This document shows, piece by piece, positions 8,004 to 20,532 of a DNA stretch of 64,000 bases. Origin of the DNA: Candidatus Rokubacteria bacterium 13_1_40CM_69_27 (lineage in GTDB: Bacteria; Methylomirabilota; Methylomirabilia; Rokubacteriales; CSP1-6); NCBI GenBank assembly GCA_001917535.1, contig MNEF01000083.1:4219-68218 (forward strand). The letters are read 5' to 3'. The position numbers and the translations under genes were made by a program. Within the stretch, counting starts at the first letter, position 1, and each line of letters begins with the position of its first letter. The notes under the pieces were generated by a model, which was given only the letters and a program-made list of their open reading frames with translations, was not told the origin of the DNA and searched no databases.

Positions 8004-10490
8004 ATGTCCAGCGACCGCTATTCCGTCCGTGACATCGAGGCCAAGTGGCAGCGGATCTGGGAGGAACGGAAGCAGTTTCGCGCCACCGAGGATCCGAGCC
8101 GCCCGAAGTTCTACTGCCTGGAGATGTTCCCGTACCCGTCGGGTCGCATTCACATGGGTCACGTCCGCGTGTACGCCATCGGCGATCTCCTGGCCCGCTA
8201 CAAGCGGATGCGCGGCTTCAACGTGCTCCACCCGATGGGCTGGGACGCCTTCGGCCTGCCCGCCGAGAACGCGGCGATCGAGCACGGCGTGCATCCGGCC
8301 ATCTGGACCTACGAGAACATCGACTCCATGCGCTCGCAGCTCCAGAAGCTGGGAACCTCCTACGACTGGGACCGCGAGGTGACCACCTGCGATCCCGCCT
8401 ACTACAAGTGGGAGCAGCTCATCTTCATCAAGATGTTCGAGCGCGGGCTCGCCTACCGCCGCCGCTCGGCCGTGAACTGGTGCCCCTCGTGCAAGACGGT
8501 GCTGGCCAACGAGCAGGTGGAGGCGGGCCGGTGCTGGCGGTGCGATTCAGAGGTGACGCTGCGCGAGATCGAGGGCTGGTTCTTCAAGATCACGGCCTAC
8601 GCCGACGAGCTGCTCGCCTGGTGCGACCGGTTGCCGGGCTGGCCCGAGCGCGTGCTCACGATGCAGCGGAACTGGATCGGCCGGAGCGAGGGCGCGGAGT
8701 TCGACCTGCCCGCCGCCGGCCGGCCCGAGCTCAAGATCCGCGTCTTCACCACGCGTCCGGACACCGCCTTCGGCATGACCTACGCCGTGATCGCCCCGGA
8801 GCATCCGCTGGTGGACCGGCTCGCCGCCGGCGAGGCCGAGCGGGCGGCGGTGGCGGCCTTCCGGGCCGAGGTGGCGCGCCAGTCGGAGATCGAGCGGCTG
8901 GCGGTGGACCGGCCCAAGCGGGGCCTCCGGCTGTCGGCGTGCGTGGTGAATCCCTTCAGCGGCGTCGAGATCCCGCTGTTCATCGCGGACTACGTCCTCA
9001 TGGGCTACGGCACGGGCGCGATCATGGCGGTGCCCGGGGAGGACCAGCGGGACTGGGACTTCGCCAAGCAGCACGACCTGCCCATCATCGAGACCGTGGA
9101 GCGGCCTCCCGGCTGGGTCGGCGAGGCCTACACGGGCGAGGGGATCAAGATCAACTCGGGCTTCCTCGACGGCCTGACGGTCGCCGACGCCAAGCGCAGG
9201 GCGATCGACTGGCTGGTCCAGCGCGGCCTCGGCGAGGCGAAGGTGAACTACCGCCTGCGCGACTGGGGGATCAGCCGCCAGCGCTACTGGGGCGCCCCCA
9301 TTCCGATCCTCTACTGCGACGCTTGCGGCATGGTGCCGGAGAGAGAGGAGAACCTGCCGGTGGTGCTCCCGCGCGACGTCCAGCTCAGCGGCAAGGGAGG
9401 CTCGCCGCTCGCCGACGTCGCCACCTTCGTCAACGCCCGCTGCCCGCGCTGCGGGGGCCGGGCGCGCCGCGAAACCGACACGATGGACACCTTCGTCGAG
9501 TCATCGTGGTATTTTCTGCGCTACTGCTCGCCACGGTACGAAAGCGGGATGTTCGAGCCCCAGGCCGCCGACTACTGGATGCCCGTCGACCAGTACATCG
9601 GCGGCATCGAGCACGCCGTCCTCCATCTCCTCTATGCGCGCTTCTACACCAAGGTGCTGCGCGACCTCGGGCTCACCAAGGTGGACGAGCCATTCACCGC
9701 GCTGCTGAGCCAGGGAATGGTCATCAAGGACGGCGCCAAGATGTCGAAGTCGAAGGGCAACATCGTGGATCCCGACGAGCAGGTCCGCAAGTATGGCGCG
9801 GACACCGCCCGCCTCTTCTCGCTCTTCGCGGCGCCGCCGGAGAAGGATCTCGATTGGAACGACCACGGCGTCGAGGGCGCGTTCCGCTTCCTCAGCCGCG
9901 TGTGGCGCTTCGTGGCCGGGCATCTCGAAGAGTTGCGCCAGGTCGGGAGCCTGCGGGGGGCGCCGGGGTCCGAGGAGAGCCGCACGTTCCGCCGCACGAT
10001 CCACGAGACCGTCAAGCGGGTGACCGACGATATCGAGCACGATTTCCATTTCAATACGGCGGTGAGCGCGATCATGGAGTTGGTCAATGCGCTCCCGGCC
10101 TTCGCGTCGGCGCCGCCCGACCGCGTCCCGCCGGGCGAGCGCACGGCGCTGCTCCGGGAGGCGGTGGAGGCCATGCTGCTCCTGCTCGCCCCCTTCTGCC
10201 CCCATATCACCGAGGAGCTGTGGGCCCGGCTCGGCCATACCGAGAGCGTGTTCGCCCGGCGGTGGCCCGAGGCCGATCCGGCGGCGCTTGAACGAGACGA
10301 GGTCACCCTCGTGGTCCAGATCGACGGCAAGGTACGCAGCCGCCTGACCGTCGAGGCCGGTGCGCCCGAGGCGGACGTGCAGCGCCGGGCCCTGGCGGAC
10401 GACAAGGTCAAGACCTGGCTCGCCGCACGGCGGGTCGAGCGGGTCGTCATCGTCCCCAACCGGCTCGTCAACATCGTCACCCACTCATGA
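8004..10490 (+). CDS. leuS: leucine--tRNA ligase
   Basis: HMGHVR (HIGH) and KMSKSKGN (KMSKS) motifs, 828 aa, leuS-lptE-holA synteny. Confidence 0.97.
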   Translation: MSSDRYSVRDIEAKWQRIWEERKQFRATEDPSRPKFYCLEMFPYPSGRIHMGHVRVYAIGDLLARYKRMRGFNVLHPMGWDAFGLPAENAAIEHGVHPAIWTYENIDSMRSQLQKLGTSYDWDREVTTCDPAYYKWEQLIFIKMFERGLAYRRRSAVNWCPSCKTVLANEQVEAGRCWRCDSEVTLREIEGWFFKITAYADELLAWCDRLPGWPERVLTMQRNWIGRSEGAEFDLPAAGRPELKIRVFTTRPDTAFGMTYAVIAPEHPLVDRLAAGEAERAAVAAFRAEVARQSEIERLAVDRPKRGLRLSACVVNPFSGVEIPLFIADYVLMGYGTGAIMAVPGEDQRDWDFAKQHDLPIIETVERPPGWVGEAYTGEGIKINSGFLDGLTVADAKRRAIDWLVQRGLGEAKVNYRLRDWGISRQRYWGAPIPILYCDACGMVPEREENLPVVLPRDVQLSGKGGSPLADVATFVNARCPRCGGRARRETDTMDTFVESSWYFLRYCSPRYESGMFEPQAADYWMPVDQYIGGIEHAVLHLLYARFYTKVLRDLGLTKVDEPFTALLSQGMVIKDGAKMSKSKGNIVDPDEQVRKYGADTARLFSLFAAPPEKDLDWNDHGVEGAFRFLSRVWRFVAGHLEELRQVGSLRGAPGSEESRTFRRTIHETVKRVTDDIEHDFHFNTAVSAIMELVNALPAFASAPPDRVPPGERTALLREAVEAMLLLLAPFCPHITEELWARLGHTESVFARRWPEADPAALERDEVTLVVQIDGKVRSRLTVEAGAPEADVQRRALADDKVKTWLAARRVERVVIVPNRLVNIVTHS

Positions 10491-11011
10491 CGGCGGGACG
10501 TCGCCACCACGTCCCGGCGGCGGGGCTCCTCCTCGCGGTCGCCCTCCTGGTGGCCGGCTGCGGCTATACGCTCCGCGGCACGCTGCCGGCCCACATCAAA
10601 ACCGTGGCGGTGCCGGTCTTCAAGAACCGCACCTCGGAGCCGGCCGTCGAGAACTCCATCACCCGTGCCATCGTCGAGGCCTTCTCGACGAACGGACGGC
10701 TGCGCGTGGTGAGGCCGGAGGATGCGGACGCGATCCTCGAGGGGGAGATCACCAGGTACCAGGTGGACTCGGTGGCGTTCGATGCCAGCGCAAACGTCCG
10801 CCAGTACCGCCTCACCGTCACGATGAACTTGCGCTTCCGCGACGTGCGCGAGAACAAGGTTCTGTACGAGCGCACCGGGTACCAGGAACGCGCCGATTTC
10901 CGCGTGCCCGCCGCCGTCTCCGAGACGCTCGTGCGCGAGGCGGCGGCGCTCCGCACGGCCGCGGTGGACATCGGGCGCGCCGTGGTGAGCTCCACCGTCG
11001 AGCGCTTCTGA
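10487..11011 (+). CDS. lptE: LPS-assembly lipoprotein LptE
   Basis: Lipobox LLVAGCGY, size and position directly after leuS (ATGA overlap) as in proteobacteria. Confidence 0.75.
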   Translation: MTAGRRHHVPAAGLLLAVALLVAGCGYTLRGTLPAHIKTVAVPVFKNRTSEPAVENSITRAIVEAFSTNGRLRVVRPEDADAILEGEITRYQVDSVAFDASANVRQYRLTVTMNLRFRDVRENKVLYERTGYQERADFRVPAAVSETLVREAAALRTAAVDIGRAVVSSTVERF

Positions 11012-11031
11012 CCGGTCCGCGCGGCGACCTC

Positions 11032-12045
11032 GTGGACTACGCCGCCTTTCTCCGAAACGCCGAGCGCGGCCAGCTTCCCCCAATCGCGCTCCTTCACGGC
11101 GCCGACCCGCAGCTCCTCGACGATGCGCTGGCCGTGGTCGCCCGGGCCCTCTTTCCGGACCCGTCACTGGCCGTCTTCGACCGCGACGCGTTCGACGCCC
11201 GCGAGGCGGAGGTCGAGGCCGTCGTCAACGCGGCGCTCACGCTGCCGGTGCAGGCCGCCTTGCGGCTGGTGGTGGTGCGCCGCGCCCAGGCGCTGGCGCC
11301 GAAGGGCACCGAGACGCTGACGCGCTACCTCGCCCGTCCCAACCCCGCGGCCGCGGTCCTCCTGCTCGCCGACGAGCCCCTGGGAGTCTCGCGCGACCGC
11401 CGGAACCCGCACTGGCTGCTGGGGGTGCTGCCGGCGACCGCCGTCGTCGAGCTCCTGCCCCGGCGGGGCCGCGCGCTCGAGGAATGGCTGCGTCAGCGCG
11501 CGCTGGCCGAGGGCCTCAGCGTGAGCGAAGAGGCGGCGCGTCTCCTCGTCCAGTGGGTGGGGGAGGACAGCGCGGCGCTGCTCGGCGAGGCGCGCAAGGC
11601 GGCGCTGGCCGGAGGCAGCGACAACCGGGCGGTCGGCGTCACCGAGGTCACCGCCGTCGTCGGCGAGCACCGGGTCAGTGCCATCTTCGAACTTACCCGG
11701 GCGATCGAGCGCCACGAGGTCGGCCTCGCCCTGAAGACGCTCGAGCGGCTGCTCGCCACCGAGGACGCGGTCTTCGTCCTGGCCGCCCTGACGCGCGACG
11801 TGCGGACGGCCTGGATGGTCCGCGCCTGGCGCGAGCGCGGCCAGACGGTCGACCAGATCGCCCGCATGCTCCGCCGCCCTCCCGGGGCCGTCGAGGCGCT
11901 CGTCGCCGCGGCCACGACGCAGACGGCGGACGTCCTGGCGGGAAAGCTGGTCCGCTGCTGGCGGGCCGAGCAGCGCCTGAAGTCGGGCGGTGAGGCTCGG
12001 GCCGAGATGGCGGCACTGGTGGCGGAGCTCTGTGGTGCGGGGTAG
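11032..12045 (+). CDS. holA: DNA polymerase III subunit delta
   Basis: Position after lptE; N-terminus LLHGADPQLLDDAL and overall delta-subunit pattern; start taken as GTG 11032 (the track ORF extends upstream in the same frame through lptE). Confidence 0.75.
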   Translation: MDYAAFLRNAERGQLPPIALLHGADPQLLDDALAVVARALFPDPSLAVFDRDAFDAREAEVEAVVNAALTLPVQAALRLVVVRRAQALAPKGTETLTRYLARPNPAAAVLLLADEPLGVSRDRRNPHWLLGVLPATAVVELLPRRGRALEEWLRQRALAEGLSVSEEAARLLVQWVGEDSAALLGEARKAALAGGSDNRAVGVTEVTAVVGEHRVSAIFELTRAIERHEVGLALKTLERLLATEDAVFVLAALTRDVRTAWMVRAWRERGQTVDQIARMLRRPPGAVEALVAAATTQTADVLAGKLVRCWRAEQRLKSGGEARAEMAALVAELCGAG

Positions 12046-13387
12046 CGCGAGCCGGGCTGGGTCTGCGCAGGCTCGGCGGCCCCCGGTGCTCCTGCTCGCC
12101 GCTCTTCTGGCCCTGGCCCCGCGGGTCGCCGCCGCCGAGCGGTGCGACGGGTGCGTCACGGCCGGCGCGGCGTCCGTCGCGCTCCACATCCCGCGCGGCG
12201 CGCCCCTCGCCGGCTACGGGAGCTTTGCCCGGCGGCTCCCCGTCCCCGACCTCTTCGGACGCCATCCCCACGCTTTCTGGTTCAGGCCGAGCGAAGGGGA
12301 GCTGGACCCGCTGGGGGCCCGCGCCCTGGTCGTGGAAGGCGCCGGCGCCCGCCTGGCCTGGGTGTCGGCCGATCTGATCGCGGTCGATCGCGCGTTCACG
12401 GCTCGGGTCGCCCAGCGTCTCCGCGAGTCCGGCGTGCCGCCGGCGACGCTGATCCTCTCCGCCTCCCACACGCATTCGGGGCCGGGCGCGTTCTTCGATT
12501 CAGCGTTACTAGGCGCCGTGAGCGTCGACCGTCGCGACGAGGTCGTACGTGAAGCGCTCGTCGAGAGCCTCGTGGAGGCGATCCGCCGCGCCGACGCCCA
12601 CAAGGTGGCCGCCCGCGTGGGCGCGGCCAGCGGCGCGGCGGCCGGGCTCACGCGGGGCCGCCTGGGCCGTCCGATCGATTCGGAGATCGTGGTCGTGAAG
12701 ATCCTCACGGCGACGGGCGCGCCCATCGCCGCGCTCTGGAATTTTGCGATCCACGGCACGATGCTCGGCCCCCGAAACCTCCGCCTCTCCGGCGACGTCA
12801 TGGGCGTGGCCACCCGCGAGCTCGAGCGCCATCTCGGCGTCCCGACCCTGTTCGTGAACGGCGCGGTGGGCGACGTGAGCCCGGAGCGTCACGGCTCCAC
12901 CGAGGCCCAGGCGGCGGGACAGGAGCTGGCCGTCGCCGTTCGCGCCGTCTGGACCCGGGCCCAAGCTGGGCGGCGCGGTCCGCTGGCCATCCGCACCGCC
13001 CGCGTCGCCCTGCCGGCGCCGCATCTGTCGCTGCAGAACTGCGGCGGCGCCTGGATTCCCCGCTGGCTCAGGGTTCCCCTGGGGGGGGCGTTACCGCGCG
13101 AGGCCGAGCTCATCGGTGGGGCGCTGGGCGACGCCGCCTGGGTGGCGATTCCCGGAGAGCTCCAGTCGAGCCTCGGCCAGGCCATCAAGGGCAGTGTGCC
13201 GCCGAGGTGGGGTCACGCCTTCGTGGCGGGGGTGTCCAACGACTACCTCGGCTACTTCCTCACCGCCGCGGACTACGCGCGCGTGACCTACGTCGCCTGC
13301 GCGAGCCTCTACGGCCCGGAGGCGGGCGAGACGCTCACGCGGGCCGCCAGCGAGCTGCTGGGCGCGCTGGTCGGGGAGGACCGGTGA
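12032..13387 (+). CDS. neutral/alkaline ceramidase-family hydrolase, secreted
   Basis: Signal peptide, LAGYGSF, SASHTHSGPGAF and NGAVGDVSP blocks resembling neutral ceramidase N-terminal domain; GTG start overlaps holA stop. Confidence 0.6.
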   Translation: MVRGSASRAGSAQARRPPVLLLAALLALAPRVAAAERCDGCVTAGAASVALHIPRGAPLAGYGSFARRLPVPDLFGRHPHAFWFRPSEGELDPLGARALVVEGAGARLAWVSADLIAVDRAFTARVAQRLRESGVPPATLILSASHTHSGPGAFFDSALLGAVSVDRRDEVVREALVESLVEAIRRADAHKVAARVGAASGAAAGLTRGRLGRPIDSEIVVVKILTATGAPIAALWNFAIHGTMLGPRNLRLSGDVMGVATRELERHLGVPTLFVNGAVGDVSPERHGSTEAQAAGQELAVAVRAVWTRAQAGRRGPLAIRTARVALPAPHLSLQNCGGAWIPRWLRVPLGGALPREAELIGGALGDAAWVAIPGELQSSLGQAIKGSVPPRWGHAFVAGVSNDYLGYFLTAADYARVTYVACASLYGPEAGETLTRAASELLGALVGEDR

Positions 13388-13389
13388 GC

Positions 13390-13650
13390 TTACGCGCGGG
13401 CAGCGAGGCGGCGGGCGAGTGCGGACTTCTTGCGGGCGGCGGTGTTGGGGTGAACGACACCCTTGGTGACCGCCTTGTCGAGGGCGCGGATCGCCTCGAG
13501 TGCCGCCGTCCGCGCGTCGCCGTCGGCCGCGGTGAGCGCCGTCCGGGCGGACTTCACGGCGGTGCGGACCTTGGAACGCACCATGCGGTTGCGCGCGCGA
13601 CGCTTCTCGTTCTGACGCATCCGCTTGAGGGCCGATTTCATGTTCGCCAA
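13390..13650 (-). CDS. rpsT: 30S ribosomal protein S20
   Basis: MANMKSALKRMRQNEKRRARNR... typical S20; AAGGAGG RBS. Confidence 0.95.
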   Translation of the reverse strand: MANMKSALKRMRQNEKRRARNRMVRSKVRTAVKSARTALTAADGDARTAALEAIRALDKAVTKGVVHPNTAARKKSALARRLAARA

Positions 13651-13742
13651 CGGAACGCCTCCTTGCGCGATGGGGTTCGGGTCGAATTCTGCCGCAACCT
13701 CCGGCGAATTGCCAGCGGAATCCCGCCAGGGCCCAGGCCGGC

Positions 13743-15302
13743 ATGACCGTCGAGCGTCAGGTCGTCACGGCCCTCGGCAGCATCGGTACCGCTACGCTGG
13801 CCAGCCGTGTCCTGGGCTTCGTCCGCGACATGATCGTCGCGCTGATCTTCGGCGCCGGGCCGGTCACGGACGCCTTCTTCGTCGCCTTCCGCATCCCCAA
13901 CATGCTGCGCCGGTTGCTGGCCGAGGGGGCGCTGTCGACCGCGATCGTGCCGGTGTTCAGCGAGTACTGCGCGACCCGGACCCCAGCCGAGTTCTTGAGA
14001 ATGTTGCGGGCGGTGATCGCCGGCGCGCTGCTCGCGCTCGGCGCCACGACGCTCCTTGGCCTCGCGGCGGCGCCGTGGATCCTCCGCGTCATCGCCCCCG
14101 GGTTCGCCAGCGACCCCGGCCAGATGGCGCTGGCGGTGCTCCTGACGCGCGTGATGTTCCCGTACCTCTTGCTGGTCGGCCTGGCGGCGCTCGCCATGGG
14201 CGCCCTCAACACGCACGGGCGCTTCTTCGCCGCCGCTCTCGGCCCCGCCGTGCTGAATCTGGGCATGATCGGCGCAGTGCTGGCCCTGGCCACGCGCGTG
14301 GAGCCTCCCATCCTGGCCCTGGCCCTGGGCCTGCTCGCGGGCGGGGTCGGCCAGTTCCTGGTGCAGGTCCCGAGCCTGCGCCGCTGCGGCTTGCTCGTCG
14401 GCCCGTCGGCGGAGCTGGACCATCCGGCGCTGGGGCGCGTCGTCCGCCTGCTCCTGCCCGCGGTGTTCGGTCTGGCGGCGGTGCAGGTCAGCGTGTTCGT
14501 GAATACGCTCCTGGCTTCTCTGTTGCCGCCCGGCAGCATCTCGTTCCTCAGCTACGCGGACCGGGTGATGGAGTTCCCGCTCGGCGTGTTCGGCATCGCG
14601 CTGGCCTCCGCGTCGCTGCCGGCCATGGCGCGCCAGGCGGCCGCCGGGGACACGCGCGGAGTCGCCGCGACGCTCAACTTCGCCCTGAGGCTCGGGCTCT
14701 ACATCGCCGTCCCGGCCACCGTCGGGCTCGTCATCCTCCGCACGCCGATCATCCGCGTGCTCTTCGAGCGCGGCCAGTTCGGACCCTCCGACACGCTGGC
14801 CACCGCGCAGGCGCTGGCCTGGTACGCGGTCGGACTGGTCGGGTTCTCCGGCGCCCGCATCGCCGCCCAGGCCTTCTACGCCGTCGGCGAGGCATCCACC
14901 GCCGTCAGACTGGGACTGCTCTCGGTCGCCGCCAACGTGCTGGCCGCGCTCGTGCTGATGGGACCGCTCGCTCACGGCGGGCTCGCGCTGGCCGCGTCGA
15001 TCGGGGCGTACGTCAACGTGGCCCTGCTGCTGTGGGTCGCGCGCCGACGCTTCGGCGGCCTCGGGGGCCGCGCGCTCCTGGAGAGCCTCGCGCGCACGCT
15101 TCTGGCCTCCACGCCGCTGGCGGCATGGTGCGCGCTCTGCCTCTGGCTGTGGCCGGCGGGCGGGAGCGGCTGGCGCGACGCCGCCTGGCTGGCGCTGGGG
15201 GTCGGCGGGGGCGCGGTGATCTTCCTGGGCGCCAGTCGCGTCCTGGCCAGGCCCGAGTACCGCACGCTCCGGGGAACCTTGCCGTTCCGGGGACCGCGTT
15301 GA
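13743..15302 (+). CDS. murJ: lipid II flippase MurJ
   Basis: N-terminal TLASRVLGFVRDMIVALIFGAG and a polytopic MOP-family membrane pattern over 519 aa. Confidence 0.9.
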   Translation: MTVERQVVTALGSIGTATLASRVLGFVRDMIVALIFGAGPVTDAFFVAFRIPNMLRRLLAEGALSTAIVPVFSEYCATRTPAEFLRMLRAVIAGALLALGATTLLGLAAAPWILRVIAPGFASDPGQMALAVLLTRVMFPYLLLVGLAALAMGALNTHGRFFAAALGPAVLNLGMIGAVLALATRVEPPILALALGLLAGGVGQFLVQVPSLRRCGLLVGPSAELDHPALGRVVRLLLPAVFGLAAVQVSVFVNTLLASLLPPGSISFLSYADRVMEFPLGVFGIALASASLPAMARQAAAGDTRGVAATLNFALRLGLYIAVPATVGLVILRTPIIRVLFERGQFGPSDTLATAQALAWYAVGLVGFSGARIAAQAFYAVGEASTAVRLGLLSVAANVLAALVLMGPLAHGGLALAASIGAYVNVALLLWVARRRFGGLGGRALLESLARTLLASTPLAAWCALCLWLWPAGGSGWRDAAWLALGVGGGAVIFLGASRVLARPEYRTLRGTLPFRGPR

Positions 15303-15313
15303 TATAATCCGCT

Positions 15314-16279
15314 GTGCCCATTCCGTTCAGCCCGCGCCGCAGGTTGCGCGAGCACCGGAGGCCGGCAGCCAGCCGCCGGCCCGAGACCGGAACCGATCCC
15401 ATCGTCGAATTCCTCGAGGTCCTCCAGGCCGAGCGCAGCGCCTCTCCGCACACGCTGGCGGCCTACCGTCGCGACCTGCAGGACTTCCTCGACTTCCTCC
15501 GGGGGCAGGGGCGCAGGCTGGCCGAGGCGCGCGCCGACGACGTCGTGACCTATGTGGAGCGGCTCCGCGCCGACGGCCTCAAGCCGGCGAGCATTGCCCG
15601 GCGACTGTCGGCGCTCCGCGGGTTCGTCCGCCACCTCCTGCGCGAAGGCGCGCTGCGCCGGGACCCGACCGAGCACATCGAGCTCCCCCGCGGATCGCGA
15701 CCGTTGCCCCACACGCTCTCGCCCCGGGCGGCGGCCTCGCTGGTCGAGAGCCCGGATGTGACGCGCGTCCGCGGCCTCCGTGACCGGGCGCTCCTGGAGC
15801 TGCTCTACGCCACCGGCATGCGGGCGTCAGAGTGCCTCGGCCTGCGCCTCGAGGACGTGAACCTGACCGCCGGCTATGCGGTCTGTACGGGCAAGGGACG
15901 CAAGCAGCGCCTGGTGCCGCTCGGCGCCGAAGCGGTGACGTGGCTCCAGCGGTACCTCGCCGCGGCGCGCCCCCTCGCCACGCGCCGGCGCGACTGCGGG
16001 CGCCTGTTCGTCAACCCGCGGGGCGGCCAGCTCTCGCGCCAGTCGTTGTGGACGATCGTCCGCCGGGCGGCGGCCGCCGCCGGGTTGCGACACCGCGTCT
16101 CGCCCCATGTCCTGCGCCACTCGTTCGCGAGTCACCTGCTCGAGAACGGCGCCGACCTCCGATCGGTGCAGGTGATGCTCGGCCACGCCGATATCGCGAC
16201 GACGCAGATCTACACCCACCTGCCGTCCGCCACCGTCCGGAGGATGTACGACGATTTCCATCCCCGGGCGCGGATGTGA
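15314..16279 (+). CDS. xerD: site-specific tyrosine recombinase XerD
   Basis: AYRRDLQDF N-terminal domain, catalytic R...HVLRHSFASHLL...LGHADIATTQIYTH; precise start uncertain. Confidence 0.8.
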   Translation: MPIPFSPRRRLREHRRPAASRRPETGTDPIVEFLEVLQAERSASPHTLAAYRRDLQDFLDFLRGQGRRLAEARADDVVTYVERLRADGLKPASIARRLSALRGFVRHLLREGALRRDPTEHIELPRGSRPLPHTLSPRAAASLVESPDVTRVRGLRDRALLELLYATGMRASECLGLRLEDVNLTAGYAVCTGKGRKQRLVPLGAEAVTWLQRYLAAARPLATRRRDCGRLFVNPRGGQLSRQSLWTIVRRAAAAAGLRHRVSPHVLRHSFASHLLENGADLRSVQVMLGHADIATTQIYTHLPSATVRRMYDDFHPRARM

Positions 16280-16281
16280 GC

Positions 16282-17981
16282 ATGGCGAAGAAGGCGCAGG
16301 CCTACCCCCAAGTTGATCCAGGCGCGGAGGGGCTCGTCAACATGGCCATCGCGCGAGTGCCAGCGGGAGCCCGCGTGGCCGAGGCGCTCAGGGTCGCTCG
16401 CGCCCGCAACGCCGGCGTGGTGACTCCGGGCGGCACCATGTGGGTGCTGCGGGAGGACCTCGCGCGGGGCGCACGCCTCGGCCTCGAGGATCTGCCCGCC
16501 GCGGCCCTGGCTCGGCCGCTGCCCGCCGTCGAGGCCGGCGAGACCGAGGTCAGGGTGCGCCGCCTGCTCGCCGCTGGCGCCGCCCTGGTCATCGTGCGTG
16601 ATCGCCGGGGCCCACTGGGCGCGGTGGCGCCGGCGTCCGGCTCAGATGTCGGTGCGGCCCTCGGTCCCCGCTTTGCTCAGCGCCTGCCGGAGGCGACGCG
16701 AGAGGCGCTGGTAGCAATCGGCCGCCTCGCGGTCGCGCACGGGGTGCGCACCTTCCTGGCCGGGGGCACCGTTCGCGACGCGATGCAGGAGCCCGGGACC
16801 TCCCCGGCCGGCCGGGGCAGCGGCGGCGATCTCGACATCGTCGTCGAAGGCGACGGGCTGGCTCTGGCGCGGGCGCTCGCCGGCGTGCTCGGCGCGCCGC
16901 CCGCCGGTGCGCTCGTCGAGCACGTCCGCTTCCTCACGGCGTCCCTGACCGTGCCGGCGGTTGGGCGCATCGACATCGCCACGGCCCGATCGGAACGCTA
17001 CGAAACGCGCGGGGCCCTACCGCGCGTGATGCCCTCCACCATCGGCCAGGATCTCGCCCGGCGCGACTTCGCGATCAACGCGATGGCGGTCGGGCTCGGG
17101 TCCGGCAACTTTGAGCTGCTCGATCCTCTCGGCGGCAGGAACGACCTGGCCCGGCGGCGACTGCGTGTCCTGCACCCGCTCTCATTCGTAGAAGACCCCA
17201 CGCGCATCTTCCGGGCGGCCCGCTATGCCACGCGCCTGGGATTCGCGCCTGACGGCTGGACCGCGCGGGCTCAGGCGCTGGCGCTGAGCCTGGCGCCGTA
17301 CCCGGCGCTCTCCGGCCAGCGCATCGCGGCCGAGCTGGAGCTGATCCTCGGCGATGCCCGCCCCGACGTGGTGCTGCGCCGTCTCGGAAGGGTGGGGGCC
17401 TTTCGCCTGCTCGACGCGCGGTATCGCTTCCGGCCGGCGACGGCCGCCCGTCTGAGCGCGCTGGGAGCGGCACTGGACTGGGCCGGCAGCCGGGGGCTGC
17501 GCATGGCCCCGCTCGAGCTGGGAGCGCTGGCCGTGCTGGGGGATCAGCCGCGCGAGGTCGCCCTGAGCGCGCTGGCGCGGCTCGGCCTGAGCGGCGAGCC
17601 GCTGGCGCGCGCGGGGCGCGTGCTCCACGGTGCCCCCGCACTGGCCCGGCGCCTGGCCGCCGCCACCCGTCCCAGCGAGCGCGCGCGGCCGCTGTGGGAT
17701 CGGGCCGACCTCGAGCTCGCCTGGCTCTGGCTGATCGGCGAACCCCCCGTGCGCGCGGCGATCGAGTGGTTCGTGGCGCAGGCGCGAGGCGCGCGCTCCG
17801 CACTGGGTGGGGACGACATCGTCGCGCTCGGGGTGGCACGCGGCGTTGACGTCGCACGCGTGCTGGCGGCGCTGCGGGACGCTCGGCTGGACGGAACGAT
17901 CAACGACCGGGACGGCGAAGCGGTGTATGTGCGAGACTGGATCGACGGGCACATCACCGCGGATCAGAAAGGAGGGATGGG

Positions 17982-18006
<25 letters not shown>
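16282..18006 (+). CDS. tRNA nucleotidyltransferase / poly(A) polymerase family protein with about 110-aa N-terminal CBS-like extension
   Basis: FLAGGTVRD...GDLDIVVEG...RSERY...[13 protein letters not shown] nucleotidyltransferase head; ATG 16282 two nt after the xerD stop (the track ORF starts at 15832 inside xerD). Confidence 0.8.
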
Positions 18007-19586
<1,580 letters not shown>

Positions 19587-19589
19587 GCC

Positions 19590-19685
19590 GTCCTGTGTCA
19601 ACCCACCAGTCGAGGGCGCTTCCTCGCGCGCCGGCTTCGCCGGCGCACCCTGGGCTTGGGGAGGCCTCGGAGGCCCCCTCCGACC
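19590..19685. repeat. mosaic palindromic intergenic repeat, copy R1 (reverse orientation)
   Basis: CCTGTGTCAACCC... block about 85 percent identical to 55870-55930; module B hairpin GCGCCGGC-TTC-GCCGGCGC at 19628-19646; collapsed module A TCGGAGGCCCCCTCCGA ending 3 nt before kdsA ATG. Confidence 0.85.
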
Positions 19686-19686
19686 G

Positions 19687-20532
19687 ATGAGCCCATCCAC
19701 CCGCGAGGTGAGGGTCGGCTCGATCCCGATCGGCGGCGGCCATCCGCTGGTCCTCATCGGCGGCCCCTGCGCCATCGAGAACGAAAAGCACGCGCTGATG
19801 ACCGCCGAGCGCCTGGCCGCCATCGCCGCCGACCGCCGGGTCCCCTTCATCTACAAGTCCTCCTACGACAAGGCCAATCGCTCGTCGGCGGACGGCTACC
19901 GCGGGCCCGGCCTGCCGGAAGGCCTGCGCATCCTGCGCCGCGTCCGGGACGGGTTGGGCGTACCCGTGCTCTCCGACGTGCACCAGGTGGAGGAGGTGGC
20001 CCCCGCCGCCGAGGTCCTCGACGTCCTCCAGATCCCGGCGTTCCTGTGCCGCCAGACGGACCTGGTTCTGGCCGCGGCCCGCACGGGGAAGCCGGTCAAC
20101 GTCAAAAAGGGCCAGTTCCTGGCTCCGGAAGACATGAAGAACATCGTGGATAAGGTGCTGTCGACGGGCAATCGGAGCATCCTTCTGACCGAGCGCGGCA
20201 CGAGCTTCGGCTACCACAACCTCGTCGTCGACATGCGCGGGCTCATCCAGATGCGCGAGCTCGGTTTTCCCGTCGTGTTCGACGCCACTCACTCCGTGCA
20301 ACTGCCCGGCGCCGGGGGCCCGCGCTCGGGCGGCGAGCGCAAGTACGTGCCCGCGCTGGCGCGCGCGGCCATCGCCGTGGGCGTGGATGCGCTGTTCATG
20401 GAGATGCACGAGGACCCCGACCGCACGCTGCCGGACGGGCGCCCGCTGTCGGACGGGCCGAACATGCTGCGCATCGACGACCTGCCTCGGCTGCTCGAGG
20501 AAGTGTGCGCGATCCGGGCCGCGGTCCGATGA
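19687..20532 (+). CDS. kdsA: 3-deoxy-8-phosphooctulonate (KDO-8-P) synthase
   Basis: [40 protein letters not shown] motifs. Confidence 0.95.
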   Translation: MSPSTREVRVGSIPIGGGHPLVLIGGPCAIENEKHALMTAERLAAIAADRRVPFIYKSSYDKANRSSADGYRGPGLPEGLRILRRVRDGLGVPVLSDVHQVEEVAPAAEVLDVLQIPAFLCRQTDLVLAAARTGKPVNVKKGQFLAPEDMKNIVDKVLSTGNRSILLTERGTSFGYHNLVVDMRGLIQMRELGFPVVFDATHSVQLPGAGGPRSGGERKYVPALARAAIAVGVDALFMEMHEDPDRTLPDGRPLSDGPNMLRIDDLPRLLEEVCAIRAAVR

